Positions 49,591-62,858 of a stretch of 64,000 nucleotides of DNA are shown in pieces (the first letter of the stretch is position 1; every line of letters starts with the position of its first letter). The stretch lies in NCBI GenBank assembly GCA_039621445.1, contig CP154954.1, forward strand, positions 40,603,572-40,667,571, given 5' to 3'. Source of the DNA: Euglena gracilis. Its lineage: Eukaryota. Made by a program: the position numbers and the translations under genes. The notes under the pieces were generated by a model, which was not told the origin of the DNA, ran no database searches, and was given only the letters and a program-made list of their open reading frames with translations.

Positions 49591-49835
49591 AGCTGATCCA
49601 GAATCTGCCGCAGGTGAAGCGGACAAGCTTTTTCCAATGCACAAATGCGTCTGTCGTTCAGGAAGATCTTTGGCGTTGTTTTGTCCCTTTTTTTCATCTG
49701 TCTCGGGGGGGGATCGGCACTGGGGGGGGGGGGGTTCTGAAAATCCCAACTGTATGGGAGAGGGGGGGTCCCCAAAAAACCGCAAACTGTACTGCCGTCG
49801 TCCCATCAGCGCATTCAAGGGTGGCCGATCCCCCT

Positions 49836-51036
49836 CCTGTGTGCACTGTGGCTGTTTTTTTGGTGCCTTTTATCCCTTCTTCTGGCCTGGCGCTGTTGTT
49901 CGCCTCTGGCTCATTTTGTCTGTGTATGTGGAGGTGGCCAGAGCCTGGCGGGACTTACCTTGTTTACGACGCCGGCCACCAAGCGCCCGCCAGGCACATA
50001 CTCCACTTTAGTTAGGGGGGGTCTCCTTCACCGTGACGACACACCCGTTACTCCAGTCCACGACCCCAGCAGGTGTGGTTCCCAACTCAGTGGACAGGTC
50101 CAGTCAATTGGGAACAAACTCATGGGTAGGTCTGTTCCAGGCCCGGAGGCACCTCCCGGGGCAGCCCTGTCCCACAAGCACACCCACTTGGAACCCGGTC
50201 AGGCACCCCCCTCCTGGGGGCAAAGGCGAACCTAATTTCAGCTGCCGGGTCCACCCCCCTGGGTCTCCTTCACCGCTCCCAGCCGGCTACTCTAGTCCAT
50301 GACCCAGGAAATGGCGTTCATCGGTTTCCAGCACCTCCCAACCTGGTTCGACTCTTCAGGCTATGGGGAGGCAGGGGACGCGAGAGCCCCTCTTTTGCTG
50401 GCGGACACGCCCTTCCGAGCCTCCTTCACTGCAGTTTTTCCGGCCTGCTCGTGCCTGCAGCTACTCTAGTCCACGGCCCAGGTCTCTCCTCTTTCCTCTC
50501 TTGTCTGTATGGTCTACTGCTCCAAGACCCCAAGGGTGGTCATCGGTTTCCAGCACCTCCCAACCTGGGTCGACTCTTCAGGCAATGGGGAGGCAGGGGA
50601 CGCGAGAGCCCCTCTTTTGCTGTCGGACACACCCCTCTGAGCCCAAGTTGCTACATTTTTATGGCCGACTCATGCCTGCAGCAACCTGGGTCCCAGGAGA
50701 TGCCACGCGAGTGCGTGGCCCCACGGCCGGCGTGGGTGGTCCCCCTGTGTGCACTGTGGCTGTTCTTTTTTGTGCCTTTTATCCCTTCTTCTGGCCTGGC
50801 GCTGTTGTTCGCCTCTGGCTCATTTTGTCTGTGTATGTGGAGGTGGCCGGAGCCTGGCGGGACTTACCTTGTTTACGACGCCGGCCACCAAGCGCCCGCC
50901 AGTCACATACTCCACTTTAGTTAAGGGGGGTCTCCTTTACCGTGACGACGCACCGGTTACTCCAGTCCACGACCCCAGCAGGTGTGGTTCCCAACTCAGT
51001 GGACAGGTCCACTCAATTGGGAACAATCCGATCCCG
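49836..51036 (-). mobile_element. Retroposon-like element with ~285-bp terminal direct repeats
   Basis: 49836-50118 matches 50743-51026; internal repeat 50318-50470 / 50539-50690; flanked by GTGGCCGATCCCC(C)TCC on both sides (possible long TSD). Confidence 0.6.
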
Positions 51037-53715
51037 TGGCCGATCCCCTCCCCGGGGCAGGACAAAAAGTCGGTCACCCTAAGTCCAGTTAGGGGTGGCC
51101 TTTGCACAAGACTGGAGGGGGGGGGGTCGCCTCAAATTTCAGGAATTTTGGCTCATCTGTTGTGGTGCAACGCACCCCTCCTTTCGAGCCCTCATTTCCA
51201 CCTCAGGTGTATTTTACAGGGTTATTTGAAGGAGTTGGGTTCGAGTTGGGAGTTGTGCCACTCTTGTCGGTCTGGGGAAAAAAATTTCATGCACCGAAGG
51301 CGCCGAATTTTTTTTGCCCTCTCTTTTTGACCCCCCCCCCTACGTGAGCATTTGGGGGGTACGTGAGCATTTGGGGGGTAGCAGACCCCCCCCTCCCAGG
51401 GGGGGTCTGCTGGAAATCCCACTGGCCAAATTTGGACTAGCTGCAGTCCAGCCCCCCCCCCCCCCCCCGGGGGTACTGCAATCCCTTTAGCAGAAGCCTG
51501 ATCGGGTATCTTTCGAAAGATTGGGAAAATATTTTTCATTTGAGAAATATTTTGGAAATATTTTGGAAATGAAAAATATTTCCTTCACTTTTGCAACCTC
51601 CACCAAGACCTCGCCATGTTTTCCTATTCAAGTAGGTTGACTGGAAAGGCCCATACTTCAAATCTTTCACCTAGGGAAGCATATACCACGGACCCCCCCT
51701 TACTGTCCCCCCCTTACTGTTCCCATAGGGGGGACGGAAACGGTACGGTGTCAGGACACTTTTTCCAAAGGATCCTTGGAACAAAGAGAGAAAAAAGGAG
51801 ATTTTTGGCCGGTGTCAGGTGCTCTCATTGGAGGCCAGGCGCGCCGCTCGGGGGGGTCCGGGCCCCCCCCCCCCCTGCGCGGCCGCTCGCCCCCCCCCCT
51901 GGACCACCCCCTCCCCCCACTTTGCCTAGCATAGCCAAGAAAAAATTTTTTGTGAAAAAATCGTGACTTTTTTGAGGCCCAAAAATGACCAAAAAATGAC
52001 CATTTTCGGACATAAAATGGCAAATTTGGGGGCCGCGCGCTCTGCGCGCGGCCAAAAAAGCACTTTTTTGGTCAAAAATGGCCCAACAATGGCAAAAAAT
52101 GACCACTTTTTGGACCAGAAAATATGCGCGCGGCCGCCCTCCCCCCGCCCCCCCCCCCCCCCCCGTACGGCCCCCCGCGCGGCCGGTCGCCCCCCCCGCC
52201 CCCCCCCCCCCGCTGTGCCTAGCCTCCATTCCTGTCAAACTCGAAACCAACACCAAAATGGATGCTGTGGGTGCAATTTTCAAGCATGTGAACCAAAAGA
52301 CTTCATTTTGGCACTTTAGGTTGCCTTTTGGGGCCAATTATATAGAAAGAAACATTGAAATATTTCACCTGAAATATTTCATGAAATTTTTCTGAAATAT
52401 TTCTGAAATATTTCAGAAATACCATGCCCCCCCTGACTGTTCCCATCCTGTGGCCCCCTTTTGGGTCCGTGGGAACAGTCAGGGGGGGGGACAGCAGGGG
52501 GGGGACAAGCTCCCCCTTACTGTTCCCATGGGCCATGAACTAACCAACCAAATTAGACGGTCTTTTGGCTCAGAGTTGCCAAAGTGCAACAACAGGCCAG
52601 TATTTTGGCCACTTATCATGAATCCCAGGTGCCAAAGTAATGGCAACCGGGCACCCCCCCCCCCCCCGGGATAATGTCAGGTCACCCGGGGGGAACCTGG
52701 CATCATCCTTATTGGTCTTATTGGTGAAGGACGCCAAAACTCTGTTCAACCACCGAAGCAGCATGCAAGCAGTGCAAAGCAGGGACCCCCCCTCTGCCAA
52801 ACCCAACGGCAAAAATGACACTTTTGGCAAGTTTTCAGAAATTTTGATAAAAGTCCATGAGCCATCAACCTCAAAATGACCTTTGAGAGGAAAAAGAGCA
52901 AATTGTACCCATTGAAATCACCCCCAACCATCAAAACGGCGAATTTCACCGGTGAACCGGCCAAGGGCACCCCCCCCCCCGGTGAATCATCACCCCTGCC
53001 GACCTCCTACCAGACGTTTTTAGGACCCGGGTCCTGACCCCCATCCACCCACCCCTTCCCTCGCGGAGTTGGCTCCGGGGGGGGGGGGGTTGGGAACCCA
53101 CTTTTGGGGGTCAATTTTGCTCGCAACCCGGGATGAATTACGTTTGTCTTCCAGGTAAGAGTTTGTTTGTTCCTAACCAGTATCACACACCACGGCCAAG
53201 CAACCCGCGACCTGTGGCGGCACAGGGAGTCACAAGGGGTTCTTCTTGTGGCGAGGGCCAAAAGATAAGTTTCCATGGGCCCGGGGCACGGTTTGGGTGA
53301 AGCTGTGCTACCCACCGTGAGTTACAGGAGTGATTTCACACCACGGCCAAAAGAGACATTTCCCTGGGCCCGGGGCACGGTTTGGGTGAAGCTGTGCTAC
53401 CCACCGTAAGGAGAAAATTCCTGATTCAACAAAGGACAACATGTACATGTGTGATACAAGATTTGTATCACATCTTCAAATCCAGTAGGCTGTACCACTG
53501 GTCGGTGGACTCGGTTCGCCCCACCACCACTCTCACACATGTATGATGAGCCTTGCCGCAAAGCAGGGTGGAGTTTCACCACTGTGCCTTTGGTACATGG
53601 GAGGCTGGGGCCCAGAAGGAGCCAAGAACGTCAACCTCATGCTACAAAGGGAGGCCTCTTGGCAAGAAGGGGAGCAATGCCAAACCAAAGCGAACGAGCC
53701 TCACGAAGAGTTGTA

Positions 53716-53939
53716 AACCCCCCCCCAAATAACCCCCCCCCCCAAGTAACCCCCCCCCCCCCCAAATAAGAACCCCCCTCGGGGGCCGATTTCGAGCGCC
53801 CAAATAACACCCCCCCTGTTTTCCTTTGGTTTTCCATGTAAAAATAACCCCCCCCCCCAAATAACACACCCCCCCCTGGGGCCCCAGTTCGGGTGCCCAA
53901 ATAACACACCGGGGGGGGGGGGTGTTATTTGGGGGGGTT
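53716..53939. mobile_element. TA-target MITE with AAATAAC(A)CCCCC repeats
   Basis: TA|AACCCCCCCCAAATAAC...GTTATTTGGGGGGGTT|TA. Confidence 0.8.
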
Positions 53940-55503
53940 TACATTGCCCTGGTGAGGCAAATCACAAAACTGCTCTCACCAAAATTGCGCATAGCATAAA
54001 CCCCACAAAAAGGAGGGGAGGAAAACGGAGCACGAAAAAGCATAAAACGGACCACACCCCCCCTACCCTGATCGCATTCCCGACCCCCCAAGAAGGGGAA
54101 AGGAATATGCTGGAACCCCACCGCGACACCAGCTACCTAGCAACCATTCTGGCACCAAGACATTACACCTGTCCCAGCCTTACTCAGCACCTTACCACCT
54201 CTTGCCCTCTGCACCAAGACCGTTGTGCCTCCCTCCCTTCTGCACCTTTGAGCACCACATGAAACGCTGCCTCCGCCATCTTTGCCCTGCCATATAGCCC
54301 CACTCCCCTGAACTCGTCAAATCCATTAGGCTGTGCCATTGGTCGGTGGATTCGGTTCGCCCCACCACCGTTGTTTCCGCTGACCTGAATCTTCAACCAG
54401 TATCACACTTCCTGGTGCTGTGGGACTCGCCGTCAGCCATCAGGCCAGGAAGCCTTGGGGGTGCTGCGCACTTGCAGCAGCGTTCGCTAAACCCCGGGGT
54501 CCGTGGCCAGGTGGTGGTACGGACGACAGTCCTCACCTGGCCTCGGGCACCAAATCACCGGGGCTGGACCCAAGGTGAACAGGCAAGGCCAATGAAAACG
54601 GTCAAAGTTCGAAAACACCCGGCAGGGGGGCTGCGGATCAGACCGTTGGTTCCTCCCTGGGAAACCCGGGTGGCCCAGTGGGGGCTCTGGCCCCTTCTGG
54701 GTGACACCGGAGAGTGGCGCATTGGTGTCAGGGATCATAGGTGTCACAAAGGGGGGGGAGGTCGGGGGGTGCAGCCCCCCCGGATTTTGGAAATATTTTT
54801 TTGTGTGGCATGACTGTGGTGTCTTTACCATACCATTTTCAATGGTTCAAAGGGCATTGCCGTCTCGCCTGCCTTCGGCGGCCACCTGGCAAGTTAAATC
54901 ACATTTCTAAAAAATAAAATTGCAAAATCACTTGCCGTCTCGGCCGCCTTTGGCGGCCAAACTAAAGCCCTTGAGAAAATGCTCATTTCACCTCCCTAAA
55001 ACCCTGGCACTTCTTGCTGATTGAGTTTGGCCACACACCGCCTTTTTTTCCACCTTTGATGCCAATGTTTTTTTTGGGACCCCACAAACCACTTTGACCT
55101 TGGCCGTTTGAATATAAACCGATTCCCCATGAGTCCCCCTCCCTCCATTTTCTTGACCAGCCGAGTTTGGGGAAACTCTGTGGGTCAAATCACCCAAAAA
55201 ACTGAGATTTTGAGGCAAAAAAATGGCCCTTCCCAAAGCGACATGTTCCCCCCGTGTCCCCACCCCCCGTGTCCCCCCCCCCTGTGTCCCCCCCCATGTC
55301 CCGACCCACCCCCTAGAAAAGCAAAACCATGGGTAGAACCCATTTGGAAACCTCCCAACTCAACCCAACTGTCGACTTTGCAACCTGGGGGGCGAAGAAG
55401 CCATTTTCTCACTTTGCGCAAACTTATTTGTTTCATTGAGATTGATTTCCTTTGTTTATGGATTTGAAGGGTGATTTTTTTCGGAAATTGAAAGAGGTCG
55501 CTA

Positions 55504-58500
55504 CAGGGGGGGCTGTTATTCCGCACGTGAAGTATTTCCGTTCGCTTTTAATCCGCCGCTCTTAAACCGTTTTAGAGCGCCGAAACAAGGACCCCCCGTC
55601 GGTATTTTGGTGACCGGATTAAAACCGCGAAATTTCCGCCCTGGAATTATGTCCTACCGAAGTCCTACCAAAGAACAATCCTTGTTTTGTTTTTTTCTTT
55701 TCAGGCCCGGCCTCCATGGACAAGTACGTGTCCAGGGTGAAGAAGAGTTTGGGCGACCAAGTCGCCACAGATTATCTGGAAAAGGTGCAGCAGAAGGAGA
55801 AAAAAAAAACCAGACCGTGGTTATCCTGGACACCACAGAAGAAGATGAAGGTGGCTGCCGAGATGGAGAGAGGCAGCTACCGCCAGCTGCAGGTGTGCCC
55901 CTGTACCTTTTTTCATTGCCCTCCCCCCCATCCTTCACAGGTGGCCCTCGGCCCTGCCTGTCCCCCTGTCAACACTATAAGGGGCTGGCAGCAGGCTGGG
56001 GGCGGAGGCAAGCTGAGGGGGCCGGGCCGGCCAACCCTCCTCACGGAGGCCGAGGAGAAGACCGTACTGGAGTCGTTCAAAGCCGTCCGCCAGGTGGGCG
56101 CAGCAGTGGACAACGAGGGCCTTGCCTGTCTCGTCACCAGCACAACGACCAGGACACGGAGTACAAAAGTGAACGTCTCCAGGAGTTGGTGCAGATCGTT
56201 CGCCCGACGCCACAGCCTTCCAAACAGGCGGGTGACGTCGACCCGCCCGCCAACACTCCCATTGGAGCGGGCGGCAGACAACCGATGGAGAAGGGAGATG
56301 GAAGCAATGCTGGAAGAGCCTCACCGGTGTGTCGTCCCCGTCACCCAAATGTTATTCGTCTGTGTTTCACAGTTTTGGGATACCCCAGCAAGGGGCCATC
56401 GACCCATTCCTGACACTGGCACTGGACGAGACCCCAGTCATGTATTGTGCGCAGATGAAGACGACGATGGAGGTGTGGCACGCTTTAGCTGTGGTGTGCC
56501 TTTTTTCTTTTACAGGCTGAGAAGCGTCCTGAAGATCCCGAACGAAAACAAGTGCGGCTGGGGAAGAGAGACAAGCGCATGACAACCGGTGTGTTTTTGG
56601 TTGATCCCCCAAATTGTTTGCATCATGCCAGCATTCGATTCTCTTGCCCAGCTTGTCTATATTTTCTGATGTCCCCCCCCCCCTGTTCTCAGGTACACCA
56701 GTGGTGTCCAGAGGTGGAGTGTGTCTATTATTTCAATTTATATTTCGTGGACGTACCAGTCGCTGTCATCCGACAGCTGCTGCCGGTGTGACCCCTCCTC
56801 CCTTGTTTTGGACAAGAAACAAAACCAAATGCAGTTGGATGAACCCCCACTCCCCCGCCTGTCACAGACACACACGAGTCCATTGTCTTCGACCACTCGG
56901 ATTCCAGGCCAGACCTCCCGTGCCTGTTGGGGGTTGTGGTGGCAAAGAGGAAAAAGGGGGGCGGGGGCTTAGGTCTGTCACTGCAAGAAGTTTCCATAAC
57001 AGCAAGGAAGTCCCTGGGCATTGACCTGACGCAGGCCACGTTCGCGCGCCTGTTGGCCCTGCTGGCCAACAAGCTTGATGATGTTCGCCAACAACGCCAA
57101 CTGTCGGCGGATGCCTGTGAGTAGGGTTTTGCTCCACAACAACCCCCCCAATCTGTCATCTGGCCCCCCCCCCATCTTGGAGCAAAAGCATGCGGGTGCA
57201 CTCCTGATCGTGGATGGTGCCCCCTCCCATGCCGGTGAGACGGTGCTGGTGCAAGTCCATGAAAACGTGTTCAAGTTTACGGACGGCAATAACTTATACC
57301 TTACGTACACGCTGCCAAACCGTTCACACACGCTAGGGTAATTCTGTAAGCCTGGGTTTTGGGTTTTGCACCGGGATTTTCCCAATGCTCCGTGGGTTGC
57401 GCATTGGCTGGCGTGCTGGTGAACTTGCCACCCCCTCCCTGTCCTCGTTGCGTCACAGGTGGGTGACCGACTAATCAACCTCACCCTCCGTCAGCACACC
57501 CGAACAGGTCTCTCACATCAGGTTGCACAGAAGCACCCCTCCCATGGCCAACGATGTACCCCTTCCAATGACGAATGCCACCCCCCCCCCCCAATCGAGA
57601 GGCCTGTGGCAGACGGGCTGCCAAGCTGAGGACGCTGGAGCAGGCCCTGGCCCGGGCTGAGGGACGGGACGTACCAGCGGACATGGGCGAGTCCACGATG
57701 AAGCGCCTGCTCCTGCAGTGGGTGAGCGGTTGGCTGCGTGACCCCAGGTGTGTGATCCTTTTTGTTGGCGGCTTCGGTTTCAGTCAGGGATGCAGATCTG
57801 TCATGTCTGGGGAATGCGCAATACGCCCCTTGTGAAAGGAGTTTTTTTTTCTGAGTTGTTGCCTTCACTTCAGGTTGTCGGGGTGGATCCTTGAGTCCTG
57901 GGCCAGCGCGCTGGCAACAGAGCCGGAGCTGGACAGTGTCGACGACATCCCGGGCCCTGCTGCTGTGCACGCGGGACATTTTATAGCAGGTGGTGGCCAT
58001 GTACGCCTGCGACCCTGAAGAAACCCCCTCCCCATCAGGTTTTTGCACACAACCCTGTGGAGCTTGCAAAAAATTTTATCACGATGGCAGGAATGTCTCG
58101 TGCTTGCGATTCTGTTGCCCCCCCCTGTGGACCCCGGGTCTGCCGGCATGTCCGCGGCGGACGGCGACATGGTGGGCGATGCTGTGGACGGTGATGAGGA
58201 CGACCGGTCGTCCGTCCCCGACAACGTCGTCCCTTACGACGTGGATGTGGACCACTCAGACGTGGACCTGCCAGCCGAAGAGGACACTCAGGCTGACTGC
58301 GGCCCCGTTTTTTCGGGTTGGGTGTTTCCCGGTGGAAAGTTGCTGCCTCTCCCCGTCTTTGCGTTCGGGTGGGTTTTAGCCCAAAATTTTTTGGACATTG
58401 CCTGCAACGGGCCCGATTTTTGGCCCCCCCCCCCCCTGGGAGGTCCCGCTCCCCCCGGCGTGGGTGGGGGGGGGAACCCCCCTCCCTTGAACCCCCTTCA

Positions 58501-59495
58501 AAAAAAGTCTGGTGCAGGCTGCCTGGTTCCGCCCCTGTGGATGTGAGTGGGGACGCGGAGCTGGCCAGGCTGTTGGGCCTTGGCCTGCGTGCTCGCCGCG
58601 GCTAGTGGGGTACGGAGACTCCCAAGCAGTATTTCTGCTCCCCCCCCCTTGTGCCTGGACAGGCCACATGCATTTCACCCTTGTCACGATTCACCAATGG
58701 GGTCAGGCTGTTTGGAGCTGGGGGGGGGGACCTTCCCCGTTTGGAGGTATTTTTTTTTGATTTCGGGGGGGGGGGGGTTTCTGCAAAATTGTCCTCAGTG
58801 ATTTCGCACCGAGGCTTTTTTCTTTTATTGCTTCCCCGAACAGCCCTGGGACTCAGCCCTCCCAATTCAGCATGTGCACCTGGCCCTGTCGGCACAGTCC
58901 TCATTTGGGTCACATTTACATTGTTTCCAAGCGAACTCCATGTTTTTCGTGTTGCTGCCCCCCCTTTTTTAAAAAATTCTGTCTGTTCCAAGCCTGCCAT
59001 CAAAAAAAGACCAAGTGTGTGCGTTTAGCTGAGGCTGGGTTCACAAAAAGTTGGGGAAACCCAATGTTCAATATTCCAACCCAGTTCTGAAAAACCTGTT
59101 TATTTTTAATGGGAGCCGGGCCACGAGGGGGGGGTTCCAGCTTTTTGGGTATCCTCAGAAGCGGCGACGGGGACAGTTATGTAGGCAAAGAGTACCACGT
59201 TTTGTGGTACTATTGTGTCAGAAAAAAGTTACGGCACGTGTGCTATGTGTCAGGAGTGCTGTCCTGGTCACTTCCAAGTCTCTACGGGAGCTCCTCCCCG
59301 CGGGCTTTTTTCTGGCAGCGGATTTTTATCGGCCGCTGGGGTGCCTCAAACTCGTGGCTTTATTTCTGCCGGCTTTTATTCACGGGATTTTTCGCGTCGG
59401 TAAAAAGGCGCCGAAACATGGGGGTCGCGCGGGGATAAAAGCCACGGTATTAGATTTTACGAATTAATGGGCTATCGGATTTAAAGCCCCCCCTG
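55504..59495 (+). mobile_element. pogo-family DNA transposon
   Basis: TA TSD; TIR CAGGGGGGGCTGTTATTCCG / CGGATTTAAAGCCCCCCCTG; contains a transposase gene. Confidence 0.88.
55716..58310 (+). CDS. Spliced pogo/CENP-B-like (HTH + DDE_1) transposase, possibly decayed
   Basis: WTPQKKMKV, TIRGW, GRPTLL, VSRSWCRSFARRH, ALDETP, DKRMT, LLIVDGAPSH, PNRSHTL..VGD and an acidic tail; short GT-AG introns (e.g. 55893-55940). The 3' end is approximate. Confidence 0.8.
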
Positions 59496-61357
59496 TAGTC
59501 CGGGACAAGGGGGGGACACGGGGGGGGACACGGGGGGGGGGGGGGACACGAGGGCAACACCCTCCTTGTTCAATTTTTTGGGGGCATTGGACTTCAAAAA
59601 AGGCGTTAGCGTCTTGGCCCCTACTGAGTGCCAAACGGCAGACTGGGGGGGGGGGCAGTGGGCGGTCGGCCGAGTAGTCGGCTGACTACCCAATTGGTTG
59701 GCCCGACTGGGCCTGGTCGGTAGCTAGTCGGCGAGACGGGGTGGTGGGGAGTGGGTATCATGCCCCCCCATAAAAGACCCCCCCCATATAGGGCCCCCCT
59801 GGCTGACCGAAGGCCGGCCCTTTGGCGGGACCCCCCTCCCCCATATAAGACCAGGGTGGGCGGGGGGGGGGGAGCTGGGGTCCCCACGGCCAGCCAGATA
59901 CCGGCCAGACCTCCTCCTCCTTTTTTTCACCGGCCACCAGCCAGACCTCCTCCTCCTCTTTTCTCCCAGCCACCAGCCACGGCTAGCCGTGGCTGGCCGC
60001 GGCTCGGGCTCCTCCTCCTTTTTCAGTGCCCACCGGAGAGCGCTAAATTTTTACAGAATGGCAAAGCCAGAGGGGCACAGCCTCGCCGGTTTTTGTTACG
60101 CCCGACGGCTTTAATCGCAACACCCATGCCGGCGGATGCGTCAACGGCGAGCAGTGGGAACCGCCTCCAACAAAAAAAATAGTCCCGTCTTATTTTGTCA
60201 TCCCAGCTGAGATGCACTTCTTATCCGATTGACCGATGAACACTGCAGCAAACTATTTTTCTGGGAGCGTCATTTGACCACGCCAGCAGACCGAGAGGGC
60301 ACAGAAAAACAACCGAGCAGCACAGAAAAGCCCCCCAAAGGGGACAAATTTTGCCAAAAAAAAAACGCCAACGAAACCCGTTTGTCCTCCCCCTTCCACA
60401 TCCAAATCGCACCCAAAGAAAAAACGCTAACAAAACCCTTTTGTCCCCCCCCTTCCACGAAAATCGCACCAAAGAAAGCTTGTGACCCAAAACTGGCCAC
60501 AGCCTGTGGCCCAAAACTGGCCACGTCCTGTGGCCCAAAACTGGCCATCACATCTGACCCAAAAACTGGCCAGCACACCTGGCCCAAACCTGACCATCAC
60601 ATCTGGCCCAAAAACTGGCCAGCACATGTGGCCCAAAACTGGCCAGCGCATGTATGTGGCCCAAAAATGGCCACCACACCTGGCCCAAAACTGGCCAGCA
60701 CATCTGGCCCAAAAAATGGCCACAAAATCCGGCCCAAAACTGATGAACACATCTGGCCCAAAACTGGCCAGCACATGGACAGACAAAAACCTTCGCCATT
60801 TTAGGCACAGCAACAGGAAACAGAAAACACACAAGATAGGCATTTCAACACAATGGAGCAGTTTTTCCACATTAGTCTCCAACAAAATCCTTCAAAAAAG
60901 TTCAGTTCAACTCAAGCCACCTGTGTACAAGGTCTAAGCACCATGTAATCATCTCCAAAAGCGCCTCGCCCATTTCTGCACAATAGACTTCAGAGATTTC
61001 TTGCCCGTGACCTGCAGCAGAGAAAGATGAACTTCTGAACAGGCCTGACATTTTGTCCAGAAAACACCCTCAATCAGGACTTGCCCGGATCGCGGGGCTT
61101 ACCCCCAATTTTCCCATCGCGGCCAGCCAGACCTCCTCCTCCTCTTTCAGATCCTCAAAACTGAGTCCAGCCAGACCTCCTCCTCCTCTAAATCGCCCCA
61201 GCCAGCCGTGGCTGGCCATGGCTGGCCAGACCTCCTCCTTTTTTTTGCCAGCCAGCCAGCCGCGGCTGGCCGCGGCTAGCCAGATACCCCAGCTCCGGGG
61301 GGGGGGGGGGCGGGGGGGCGGGGGGCGGGGGGGTCCGACCCCCCCGTCGCCGGGGTG

Positions 61358-62800
61358 GTAAGCTTCGCTCTTACTCTAAAGAGATAAGAGCTCAGCGACC
61401 AGGGTGTGACGTAGAGCTGAGCTCTTTGGGGGACCACCCCGGCCCGGCCTGCGAAAAACACTCATTTTTGGCCCAAAAACATGTTTTCTGGGTAAGGGAG
61501 GCCATAAAACATCGTTTTGGGCCCAAAAAAATTTCAATTTTTTCGACTTTTTTGACCCGGTTTTCACCCAAAGTCAATGGGTTGTCCAACCAAAAATGGG
61601 CCCTGGCGGGTCGAAAAACGCTCATTTTCGGCTCAAAAAAACTTTTTCCGGGTCCGGGAGGCCCAAAAACATCGTTTTGGGCAAAAAAATTTTTTTCGAT
61701 TTTTTTCGACTTTTTTTGACCCGGTTTTGACCCAAAGTCAATGGGTCGGCGGCCCAAAACGGGGCGCTGGCGGGTCGAAATACGCTCATTTTCAGCTCAA
61801 AAACACTTTTTACGGGTCCGGGAGGCCAAAAAACATGGTTTTGGGCGAAAATTTTTTTCGATTTTTTTCGACTTTTTTTGACCCGGTTTTGACCCAAAGT
61901 CAACGGGTCGGCGGCCCAAAACGGGGCGCTGGCGGGTCGAAAAACGCTCGTTTTCGGCTCAAAAACAGTTTTTCCGGGTCCGGGAGGCCAAAAAACATGG
62001 TTTTGGGCGAAAAAAAAAATTCAATTTTTTCGACTTTTTGGCCCGAAAACGGCTAAGTCGGACAGTGGGAAAAGTGTACAAAACGGCCATTTGGACCGAA
62101 AAACGGCCATATCTCGGGCCAGGCGGGGAGTTGGCCCAAACTGCGAATACCGGTGGATAGGGCGTCCCAAAGTTGTGGAATGAGGTACTCTTCACTTTTT
62201 CTCAACTCCCCAGCGTTTTCGAGATATTTTGAATTTTTCGATTTTTTGACCCCAAAAATGGCCCCTTTTGCCGGTCCAACAAAATTTCTTTGGAAAAAAA
62301 ACGGTAGACAACTTTTTTGCTCGGGCCACATCTCCGGATTGGCGGGGAGTTAAAGGCCAAACGAGGGCCCGTTAGAAACTAGAAATCCTCTCCTAACCTC
62401 TAGGCTATTAAGCTTTCGGGTCCGGAAATCCAATCACATCGATAATCCTCGGGTGCCCCGACCTACCCAGGGGGGACGGGGGGGGCGGGGGGGTCCGACC
62501 CCCCGTCGCCGGGGTGGTAAGCTTCGCTGTTACTCTAAAGAGATAAGAGCTCAGCGACCAGGGTGTGACGTAGAGCTGAGCTCTTTGGGGGACCACTCCG
62601 CCCCGGCCGCGAAAAACGCTCATTTTAGGCCCAAAAACATGTTTTCTGGGTCCGGGAGACCATAAAACATCGTTTTGGGCGAAAAAAAATTTCGCTTTTT
62701 TTCGACTTTTTTGACCCGGTTTTGACCCAAAATCAATGGGTTGGCGAACCAAAAAGGGGCCCTGGCGGGTCGAAAAACGCTCATTTTCAGCTCAAAACCA
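61358..62800 (+). repeat. Two adjacent copies of a repeat family with ~120-bp internal units and a conserved TAAGCTTCGCT.TTACTCTAAAGAGATAAGAGCTCAG head
   Basis: Heads at ~61358 and ~62518, and an inverted head at ~29624-29660. Confidence 0.8.
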
Positions 62801-62858
62801 CACACGGGTTGGTCTTTCCCACCTTGACTTTCAAAATGCATTGATATGTGCCCTTTGC

